Below are positions 1-8,059 of a DNA stretch of 64,000 bases, piece by piece; the stretch's first letter is position 1, and the number at the start of each line of letters is the position of its first letter. Source of the DNA: an uncultured delta proteobacterium (GTDB taxonomy: Bacteria; Desulfobacterota; Binatia; JACPRU01); assembly GCA_963745025.1 (NCBI GenBank), contig CAVUWD010000016.1, forward strand, positions 832,001-896,000. The letters run 5' to 3'. The position numbers were made by a program, and so were the translations under genes. The notes under the pieces were generated by a model that worked only from the letters and a program-made list of their open reading frames with translations, searched no databases and had not been told where the DNA came from.

Positions 1-722
1 GCGGGAAACCAGGTCCGGCGCGGGTCGCGCGTCACGGTCGCGCACCGTCGTGAACGTCCCCTTTCGCCGCGTCACGCCTTGCAAGCCACCACGTCGCATG
101 AGACGAGCGACTCGCTTGCGGCCCACAAGCGTCCCTCGATCGCCGAGTTCGGCGTGCATCCGCGGAGCGCCGTAGGTCCCTTGGGACCAATGATGGATCT
201 CGCGGATCTGCGCCTCGATTGCACGGTCGGTCTTCTCGCGCTCCGACATCGGACGCTGCGCCCGTGCCCAGTACCCACTGGCGGAGACGCCCAGCGTGCG
301 GCACATCGTGGCGGTTCGGTGCATGGCCTGGTGCCTCTTCACGAACTCGAACGCCGCGACGACGTCGAGCCGGTCTCCTGCGCAAACCAGGCCGCGGCTT
401 TTTTCAGGATCTCCTTCTCTTCGCGCAGCACCCGATTCTCACGTCGAAGCCGGTTCAGCTCCTCTCGCTCATCGGTCGTCAGCCCATCGCTGCGCCGGCC
501 CTCGTCGCGATCGAATTGTCGTACCCAGTTTCCAATCGCCTGCGCCGAAGGCTCAAACTGTCGAGACAGCTCCTCGGGTGTCTTGCCTGCGCGCACCATT
601 TCGACCATCCGCCGGCGGTACTCCAACGGGTACGGTCGATGACTCTTGGGCATCGTGAACTCCTTTCTCCGCCGGGGTACTCCCCCAAGCGGTCAGGTGT
701 CCACGAAACCGGGGTAACTCCA
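1..722 (-). mobile_element. IS3-family insertion sequence, left part (IRL, orfA, start of orfB); continues beyond window start
   Basis: Minus strand starts TGGAGTTACCCCGGTTTCGTGGACAC at 722 (IS3-type TG end). orfA lies at 339-653. An orfB frame reads FEFVKRHQAMH..MCRTLGVSASGY..TYGAPRMHAEL..GRKRVARLMR. Confidence 0.92.
339..653 (-). CDS. IS3-family transposase OrfA
   Basis: YPLEYRRRMVEMVRAG HTH followed by the leucine-zipper segment EELNRLRRENRVLREEKEILKKAAAWFA. Confidence 0.9.
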   Translation of the reverse strand: MPKSHRPYPLEYRRRMVEMVRAGKTPEELSRQFEPSAQAIGNWVRQFDRDEGRRSDGLTTDEREELNRLRRENRVLREEKEILKKAAAWFAQETGSTSSRRSSS

Positions 723-1071
723 CTGCGCACGCCTCGACGAGGGCGGCCTCAAGATGGCGTTCTTCACGCTCGGCAACCACCACGACTTTGCCGTGATGGA
801 AGTGACCGGTGGGGGCAGCAGCCGCAGCCAGTCTGCGGTCGGCTTGGATCACGTCGCGTTCAAGATCGGCACCACGATGGATGAACTGCGTGAAGCCAAG
901 GCCAAACTGGACGCCGCGGGCATCACGACGACAGCGGAAGATCATGAGGTCACCAAGTCGCTGTACTTCGCGGACCCCGATGGCAACGGCATCGAGGTCT
1001 ACGTCGATGCATCCGATGCGTGGCGCCGGGAGCCGCAGCGCGTGGCGCAAGCGAGGCCGCTCGAGATATAG
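723..1071 (+). pseudogene. VOC/glyoxalase-family protein, N-terminus removed by IS3 insertion
   Basis: Motifs HHDFAV, GLDHVAF and SLYFADPDGNGIEVY. The frame runs open back to the IS end (CARLDEGGLKM) and the first VOC beta-strand/His motif is missing. Confidence 0.8.
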
Positions 1072-1214
1072 AACTCAAGAGAAGAGTTTCGGCCACTGGG
1101 CGCGGACCAGCGAGGACATCATGTGACTCCCGTCCCGCTCTACACGGTCGCCTTGCCCTGCTCTCTGCGAACGGGGCCGCTCGGTGCCGCGGAAACAAAG
1201 TTCTCCTCTGCGAA

Positions 1215-1517
1215 CTACGTCGCGAGAACAGCTTTTAGCAACCCGCCAAGAATCAGCAGGACACCGACGACCATGAGTAGGTGTCCGTAGCGCACCAGCC
1301 GCACCTCTTGGTCGTCGAGTCGAGCATCGACCCGATCTGCGTCAGCGGTCAGCCCGTTCGCACGTAGCTGTTCTGCGTGCACCCGGGACGCCGTCATCAT
1401 CCTGCGCCATGAGAACATCGATGGGAGCCAGTCGTACCCGCGGAACACGATGCCGATCACCAGAAACGCGAGCCCCGCGGGGACCAGCGTCGACGTCGCC
1501 TGGTAGAAGGTGTGCAT
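1215..1517 (-). CDS. Small hypothetical membrane protein
   Basis: 100-aa ORF with two hydrophobic segments. Confidence 0.45.
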   Translation of the reverse strand: MHTFYQATSTLVPAGLAFLVIGIVFRGYDWLPSMFSWRRMMTASRVHAEQLRANGLTADADRVDARLDDQEVRLVRYGHLLMVVGVLLILGGLLKAVLAT

Positions 1518-1623
1518 TAACCCGTACTGCGAGACTCGCCTTCAGCACCGCCATCCGGTCGTTTGCTGCGGCGTCGGGGATAGATTCTTTCTATGTATCT
1601 TCTTTGCGTTTTGCGAGGATTCT

Positions 1624-1727
1624 GTGGGGCAATTTTGAGCCTCACGGAATCCCGCTGCCTCCGCCGCGGCTGGAGAGTCGAAGTAGACGCGGTTCTTCAG
1701 CGAGACCTTGCCGTAGTCCGGGCAATC
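1624..1727 (-). pseudogene. Fragment: Ada-like metal-binding C-terminal domain (as on thermonuclease-type proteins)
   Basis: DCPDYGKVSLKNRVYFDSPAAAEAAGFREAQNCP. Confidence 0.65.
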
Positions 1728-1730
1728 GGG

Positions 1731-1793
1731 GCCGAAGGCTTCGATACGCGCGACCTGAAGGACGCACAGGCGCTGCTGGAGGAGCTGCGGTAG
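1731..1793 (+). pseudogene. Fragment: extreme C-terminus of adenylate cyclase/AAA-TPR protein
   Basis: EGFDTRDLKDAQALLEELR*, the conserved terminal motif of these proteins. Confidence 0.7.
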
Positions 1794-1837
1794 AGGATGG
1801 TCGATCGGAGGTACGTGATCGAGGTCGAGTGGCGTGA

Positions 1838-2022
1838 TCACGCCGCTTTCGCTTTCATCCTGTTGACCTTGCCCTCCTGCTGGACGCCGTCCATGAAGGC
1901 GATGCCGGCGCGGACGAGCGGCAGCAGGTGCGCGCCGTCGAGGGTCGCCATCGCGCCTGCGCCATGTCCAGGAGCTTGTAGGCCATCAAGAGCCCCTTCG
2001 TGCGGGAGCCGGCGCCCTTCGT
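1838..2022 (-). mobile_element. IS256-family transposase C-terminal remnant
   Basis: TKGAGSRTKGLLMAYKLLDMAQARW..LDGAHLLPLVRAGIAFMDGVQ, with one indel. Confidence 0.8.
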
Positions 2023-2154
2023 ATTGGGGATTGAGGCGCCGAATCGTTCCTATCCCCCAGCCTTACGGGCGCGGCTACGCAGCGAACCAAGCTGACCCAC
2101 TACCGCTAAGCTTCATTTGGTCTCGTGTCGCGACCCGAGTAGTGTCGGTCTTGA

Positions 2155-2832
2155 TTGAGCGATCGGGTCAAACTGCGCATGATTTTCGATTGGCTCCGAC
2201 AGTGGTTGAGCGCGGTAAAGCCGACGACCAAGGTGTGGGTCGATGATGCTGCCAAGTGGCGCGGTGTGTGCGACGAGATTGCCGCTGCTCACACACAAGG
2301 GGCAACAGTGGTTGTCATCGCCCATTTCAACAGCATCTTAACTGCGCTCGAGGCCGCTCTGCGAGATCGTTCGATCGCTTTTGCGCCTTCCTCTTCGCTC
2401 GAGTTGTCGTCGTTAAACCAGTCGCTCGCAGGCCCTGCGATTTTGGTCGTCCAGTCGCAGAACATCCGGCCGCGCTTGGGCAACGCGTCTCGATCCCACG
2501 TCGCGCGCATCGTTTTCGTCGTGGTCGAGCGCTATCCGACCCCTGAGCGCGACGAGACTCTGCTCAAGACCGTCGCTTCGCTGGGGAGCGGCTGCGAGGT
2601 GGTCTATCACCTCGCGTTGAGCGATCCGCTCCTGAAGGAGTTCAATACCGAAAAGATCCAGACGCTCCTCCAGTTTTTGGGCGTCAGCCAAGATGAGTCC
2701 CTGCAGAGCTCGATCGTCACCAACGCCATTCGCAATGCGCAAAAGCAGATCGCGCAGAAGGTCCCTCGCGAAGTATCGGCGAGCTCTCCCGAGGAGTGGT
2801 TCAAAACGAACCTGCCACGCGGATACCAGTAG
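2155..2832 (+). CDS. Hypothetical protein resembling the SecA NBD2/scaffold junction region
   Basis: VVYHLALSDPLLKEFNTEKIQTLLQFLGVSQDESLQSSIVTNAIRNAQKQI parallels the SecA motif FYLSLEDDLMRIF..EPIEH..VTRAIENAQKKVE. Start may be at 2179. Confidence 0.6.
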   Translation: MSDRVKLRMIFDWLRQWLSAVKPTTKVWVDDAAKWRGVCDEIAAAHTQGATVVVIAHFNSILTALEAALRDRSIAFAPSSSLELSSLNQSLAGPAILVVQSQNIRPRLGNASRSHVARIVFVVVERYPTPERDETLLKTVASLGSGCEVVYHLALSDPLLKEFNTEKIQTLLQFLGVSQDESLQSSIVTNAIRNAQKQIAQKVPREVSASSPEEWFKTNLPRGYQ

Positions 2833-3020
2833 GGCATCGTCGAAGTCAAAATGATCGTCTAGGTAGGGCGATGCGTATCGACCCAAGTGCACCAACCAAC
2901 ACTTTTCTGCAGCTCGTCGCGGGCGTGCCGGCATCGGGTCGATCGTCCGGAGGACACCGCTCGCTTCCGGGCGGCGATCCTCACGGCCGCCCCCGAGAGC
3001 GCCTGAGCGGAGCGTCAACG

Positions 3021-3250
3021 TCAGGCGTGGATCGGCGGCCGACGGCCCCGCCATGCGCCGTCGACCTCGAGCTGCGCCGCGACGCGCGAGAGCAGGTCCT
3101 CGCGACCGAACGCGGCGACGAGCTGGACGCCGATCGGCAGCCCGTCGTCGCTCCAATGGAGCGGCAACGAGATCGCCGGCTGCCCGGTGACGTTGAACGG
3201 AATGGTGAAGCGCAGCAGCTCGCCGGCCCGCTGCCAGGCGACGAGCGGCT
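3021..3250 (-). pseudogene. Amidase-signature family C-terminal fragment
   Basis: FTIPFNVTGQPAISLPLHWSDDGLPIGVQLVAAFGREDLL; no N-terminal part present. Confidence 0.85.
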
Positions 3251-3360
3251 GGCCCGGAACGGGACGATGCTCGCCGAGGCGCGGCGGCGGCCCGGTGAGC
3301 GGGTGAGGAGAACGCCGGCGGGGATGCCAGAGCCCGAGCGGCGACCAGAAGAGCGATTGC

Positions 3361-3419
3361 AGCCTCAATATCTGACGCTGCCCAAACACGAGACGCCCCG
3401 TTTCTACGGGGCGCATAAG
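3361..3419 (+). repeat. Dispersed hairpin-ended repeat, copy A (partial)
   Basis: AGCCTCAATATCTGACGCTGCCCAAACACGAGACGCCCCGTTTCTACGGGGCGCATAAG, also found at 6223, 10567 and (inverted) 20947. Confidence 0.9.
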
Positions 3420-3472
3420 CGGGCCTCCTTGGCGTGCCCCTCGCGTCGAATCACTTCGGCGGCGTAGCGCCT

Positions 3473-4177
3473 CTAGCCGATTTCCGAAGCACGTACAAGA
3501 ACGCGGATCCTCGCTCTGGGCTCAGCGCGGCCCGGCGAACGCGGGATTCGCCAGTGCACCATGTAGATCTGGTTCTCGACCGCGCGCGCCTGGGCACAAT
3601 GCCGGACGCGCCAGAAGCCGTGCTCCGTCAGCGTGAACGATGGGCAGAGGACGACGGCGACGCCCTGCTCCGCGTAGCTCGAGGCACACTCGGGGATCTC
3701 CGCCTCGTAGCAGATGGCGACGCCCACGCGCGCGGAGCCGAGACCGACCGCCTCGAGCCGCTCCCCCTCCCCGCTTCCCCACGCGGACTCCGCCGGGAAG
3801 ATGTGGGTCTTCGCGTGCGTGTGAACCCGCCCGCCCGACTCGAAAAGGTGCGCGACGTTGAGCGTCTGGCCACCCTGGCGCACCAGGTGGGAGCCGGCGA
3901 GGATCGCCTGGCCGCGTGAGTGCGCCTCGGCGGCGAAGAGCGCGCGGTACTCTTCGGTGAAGGTATCGATGCGCGGGAGGTCCGCGAGCGGAGCCTCGCG
4001 CCATCCCGGGAGGGCCGTGAAAAGCTCGATCGTGAAGAGCTCCGGGAAGACCGCGAGGTCCGCGTCACGGGCGCCGTCGAGAAGCGTGCGGACACGGGCG
4101 GCGAAGTCCGCGAAGCCCCGGACGGGCCGGAGCGCGAGCTGACAGGCGGCGACCGAGAGCGGGCGAGCCATCGGCAA
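3473..4177 (-). pseudogene. Carbon-nitrogen hydrolase (nitrilase-family) protein, C-terminally truncated
   Basis: Catalytic motifs VFPE, HAKTHIF, VAICYEAE and AQARAVENQIY; similarity stops just after IYMVH. Confidence 0.8.
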
Positions 4178-4399
4178 ACCTCGGTGGATCTAAAGCACGG
4201 CCCGCCCCGCGGCGACAAGCGGGGACGTTCATAACCTTCGTGACCATCGTTGACCCGAGGCTCGCGCCCGAGATCGAACCGCGATCACGTTTTCGCAAGA
4301 CCTCCCGGTGCACGACCCCGATGGCAGGGTCTGGGTACAGCGGCGATGGCGCGGGGCGCGTCAGTCCGCGAAGGCGGCGCGCGCGGGCCGCTCTGGGCT

Positions 4400-5926
4400 T
4401 CACTCGATCAGGACGGGGCTCGTTCCCAGCTGCAGGGTCACCTCTTGATTCAGGACCGCTTTCGTCTCTGGGCGAAACGCGCTTGCGTACTCCGTGATCT
4501 GAGCCCCGGACTCGTAAGGTGGGATCAGCTCCGTCACGGTCACCTGCGGAGCGTCACCCACGTTGATCGTCACACTTCGACTCTCACCCACGTCGTCGAA
4601 ATAGTCCCACCACGCGACATGAACGGCCGCACCTGACCCGGTCTTCGTGAACTTGTATATGTATACCTGATCCGCCCCCTCGCTCACCTTCTGGATACTC
4701 TCCCAGTCCGAGTCGCCCAGCCTCTCGACGAGCTTCTTTAAGGTATAGTACGAGAGTTTCTTGATCCCGTCGCCAGGGTCAGGGCAGGGAAGCTCCACGG
4801 CGGGGTCACACGCGTCCGCGGTCGGGATTCCGTTGTACATCAACCCGTTATGGCTGAACGTCCCGTGGATCTCCGTATCCTCCCGAATGGTGCCCCACAT
4901 GATGCGCTGGACGTCATTGGCCACATGATACACCGCACGCTTGATCAGGTACTCCGCCTGCTGCGCTTCGGTTTGGAGTTCGTCGAGCCCCTTCAGCCCA
5001 CCCGCCAACTTGTCCGTCCCCGAATGCGTCGCGCCTGCCTTGATAATGATTGGTTTGCCCGAGAAGCCGTTGTTCGCCAGCAGCTGCCGGTAGAACTCCA
5101 CGGTCTTGCCTCTCACGTTCTCGCGGTACAACTGGTACGTGTTGAAGTTGTGGTAGTCGAAGAAATCAAACCGACCATCCGCCCGATGCTGCTTCAAGAA
5201 GAACAACGCCTGGTTGTAGTAGGCCTCGTACACCGCGTCGGGACAGATCGATCCCGGACCGCCGAACACGATCTTGGCGTCCGGGTCGAGCCCTTTGATG
5301 ACGTCGTGCGACACCTCCAGAAGCCGCGCGTACTCGCGCCCGGCCTGCTTCGCGCACGCCTTATCAATGACGTCGCCACACCAGGCCAGCAGCTGCAGAT
5401 CGGAATGCTCGTTGTCTATGCTCCAGTATCGGACCTTCCAGTCCGGGCGCCTCGAATTGACGTAGGTGACCAGGGCCTTCAGGTAGTCCTCGTACGCTAG
5501 GTACGAAGAGGGGCCATCGGGCACGTACTTACCCGCTGCCGAACCGCTCTGGACGAGCCTACCATCGGTGAACTTGTAACGAGACTCCACGTTGATGACG
5601 AACCAGGCGTTCTGCGCCTCATCCGTGTATGCGCGGAGCTTGTCCTCGATCGGCCTGAAGTCGTACGAGACCTTCTTGCCGCTCTTGTTCTCGATGACGC
5701 GCCGCGACAGGTGATCCGAGATCCACGTCGCGCCCAGATCGCTGAGCCAAGCGCTCGTGCTCGCGCCGCTGCTGTCGAACGCGTCGTTGATGCCCCAGGG
5801 AACGTCGAGGGGCGGTGAGGGTTGGGACGCGGATGATCTCGGAAGCCAGAGGAGGGCAATCACAAGGCTGAGTACCATCCGTCGCGCGAGCGGGGACACG
5901 CCGATTGCACGGTGAGTCATGGACAC
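4400..5926 (-). CDS. Secreted glycoside hydrolase clan GH-A-like TIM-barrel protein
   Basis: Signal peptide; WSIDNE, IKGLDPDAKIVFGG, FDFFDYH, KPIII and KKLSYYTLKKL motifs; C-terminal beta domain ending LGTSPVLIE. Confidence 0.7.
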   Translation of the reverse strand: MSMTHRAIGVSPLARRMVLSLVIALLWLPRSSASQPSPPLDVPWGINDAFDSSGASTSAWLSDLGATWISDHLSRRVIENKSGKKVSYDFRPIEDKLRAYTDEAQNAWFVINVESRYKFTDGRLVQSGSAAGKYVPDGPSSYLAYEDYLKALVTYVNSRRPDWKVRYWSIDNEHSDLQLLAWCGDVIDKACAKQAGREYARLLEVSHDVIKGLDPDAKIVFGGPGSICPDAVYEAYYNQALFFLKQHRADGRFDFFDYHNFNTYQLYRENVRGKTVEFYRQLLANNGFSGKPIIIKAGATHSGTDKLAGGLKGLDELQTEAQQAEYLIKRAVYHVANDVQRIMWGTIREDTEIHGTFSHNGLMYNGIPTADACDPAVELPCPDPGDGIKKLSYYTLKKLVERLGDSDWESIQKVSEGADQVYIYKFTKTGSGAAVHVAWWDYFDDVGESRSVTINVGDAPQVTVTELIPPYESGAQITEYASAFRPETKAVLNQEVTLQLGTSPVLIE

Positions 5927-6222
5927 ACCTCCCCTGCCGGAGCCAGGTGATCATCGCGCCGCCCATGGCGGGCTCCACGAAGCCTGAACCCGCGGCCTGC
6001 GGATTGAGTCATGCTCGTGCTAATCACACTGCACTGCGAAGAGGAAGAGAAAAACGCCGGCGCCTCCGAACCTCGATCACGTTCGAGGCGAAAATGCCCC
6101 GACCAAGGTTAGGACCGTCCCCCTCTCCCCCGGCGCTGGCGCGTGCTTGGCGCGGCTGGCTGGACAGTGGTCGAGTCCCGGATGGAGCTCGCGCGAACTC
6201 GAGCCTCGTCTCGTCCGAGGAG

Positions 6223-6314
6223 TAGCTGGGATAAGCGGCCGACTGACGTAAGGCCTCGACTATCTGGGCACGCTGCCCAAACACGAGACGCCCCGTTTCT
6301 ACGGGGCGCATAAG
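6223..6314 (+). repeat. Dispersed hairpin-ended repeat, copy B
   Basis: TAGCTGGGATAAGCGGCCGACTGACGTAAGGCCTC..ACGCTGCCCAAACACGAGACGCCCCGTTTCTACGGGGCGCATAAG. Confidence 0.9.
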
Positions 6315-6679
6315 GCACCTGTCCACCAAAATCTTGGCGCCGGGCGGGCGAATCGCCCCCCGCCCGCGTCGGGCCGCCCGGCTCAGCGGGCGGCCCCCCC
6401 GGGTGCGGACGCTGCCTGCGAGCCAGAGTGCAGAGAATATCCCGCCCCTCGCCTGAGACTCCGTGCCGCTCGGCCGTATCTCGAATCGACTGCCGCGAAG
6501 TCGAAGAATCCCGTCGCCTCGCGGCGGCGGCCGCACGGGCGCAGGGCGCGGACCGTTGCGGCCGCGATACCGAGGTGAGAGAGGATCTTCCTGATCACCG
6601 CCGGATCCTCGATGGTGGCGAGTAGACGCAGCCGCCCGCCGCACTCGGGGCAGGCAAGAACGTCGATCTCGAAGGTCCG
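6315..6679 (-). mobile_element. IS91-like (HUH) transposase C-terminal remnant plus downstream end region
   Basis: RTFEIDVLACPECGGRLRLLATIEDPAVIRKILSHLG, typical of IS91/ISCR-type transposase tails. Confidence 0.8.
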
Positions 6680-7153
6680 CTAGCAGGCGCGGCGGGCATG
6701 GTCTTCGTGCGCGATCGGTGCGCCGAAGATCGCCATGATGCCGTCGCCGGTAAACTTGTCGACCGTGCCTTCGAAACGATGCACACCATCGGAGAGAATC
6801 TGGAAGAAGCGGTCCATGATCCGATACCAGTCCTCCGGGTCCACCTTCTCGCCGAGATCCATCGAGCCCTTCACGTCAGCGAAGAGCACGGTCACCTGCT
6901 TGCGCTCGCCTTCGAGGGCGGCGCGGGAGGTGAGGATCTTTTCGGCGAGGTGACGAGGAGTATAGCTTCGGGGCTCAGGCGCAGAAGGTCGCGACCGGGT
7001 TTCCGCTGCCGGCTTTCCGCACCGATTGCAGAACTTTACGCTAGGTGGGAGCTCAGCTCCGCACTGCCCACAGACGAGGGATAAGCGCGCTCCGCACTCG
7101 AAGCAGAATCTCGAATCGGCAGGATTCTCGAACGCGCAACTCGGGCACCGCAT
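6680..7153 (-). pseudogene. Double zinc-ribbon + adenylate/guanylate cyclase protein, N-terminal fragment
   Basis: CPSC..FCFECG..CGQC..FCNRCG, ERKQVTVLFADVKGS and GTVDKFTGDGIMAIFGAP; cut at the IS91-like remnant. Confidence 0.9.
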
Positions 7154-7419
7154 CGATCAGTCTTCTCAGGACATCTGGGCGAAGGGACCGTAACCCCGGG
7201 GGCCGGCGACGCGCAAGCGACCACGACGGGGAAACCGGATAACCAGCAGACGCAGACGACGAAGGTCTCCGCGACGATCCGGCTCGGAGTGCAGAGTTAG
7301 ACCGTAAGGGGCACCTCGTCGCGGCCGGCAGCGGCTAGTCAACAGTGCGCATCGTCCAGAGCCGCCCGGGTGGCCGTGAATCCATCGCCTGCTTCCGTTA
7401 CGAAGCGGCGGTGGAAGAA

Positions 7420-7682
7420 GCGACGACCGGCCAGCCGTTCTCGAGGCACGCGACCGTGGCAGTCATCCCTGCTAAGCCGGCACCGACGACTGCGATATGT
7501 TGTCCTTCGCTCAGCCTGCCGGTTCGCAAGAGCGCCCAGACGAGGTTCAAGGCGCGTAGCTGCTGCGAGGCGAAGGTCACCTGGCGCGCGAAGTTGCCAA
7601 GGGCGAAGACGTTGCGCAGCGCTGGCACTTCCATCGAACGAATCAGCTTCTGCGATACTGCGCTCGGAGCGGAAGTAGCCAT
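7420..7682 (-). pseudogene. FAD/NAD-binding oxidoreductase N-terminal fragment
   Basis: QVTFASQQLRALNLVWAL..HIAVVGAGLAGMTA (GxGxxG); the ORF ends shortly after. Confidence 0.6.
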
Positions 7683-8059
7683 CAGTTTCGGCTGCCGAAC
7701 GTCGCGACGTCCCGTCTCCGGCAATGGCCGATGCCCGGCGAGAAGGCGAGGGCGCGCGTCGTGTACGAGCTACCTACGACCTGGCTCGAGTGTCCGATAC
7801 CGAACGCCCTACCAGGCGGGAAACTCTCCGTCCGACGGGTGGCCGTGAAGGGCTCGAAAGCTACATAACGATCGATCTCGGACGCTACGGATTCCTCCTT
7901 ACCGCCCGCTTTTACGGTGATCGTGCGCTGGCGCAGCCTCACGGAGAACTACCGCATGCGACCGCGCCCGGAGGAGATCCTGGCGCAGATTCGCGACTGA
8001 GGTGAGGCTGAGCTTTCCTCACGCGCACGAGGTCGATGATCCCGGCGGATTGCGTGCGC

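Noticed and set aside
7238-7303. Possible integron attC (GATAAC...GTTAGAC)
   Set aside because: The inverse core is not RYYYAAC, there is no convincing internal dyad, no cassette array and no integron integrase.
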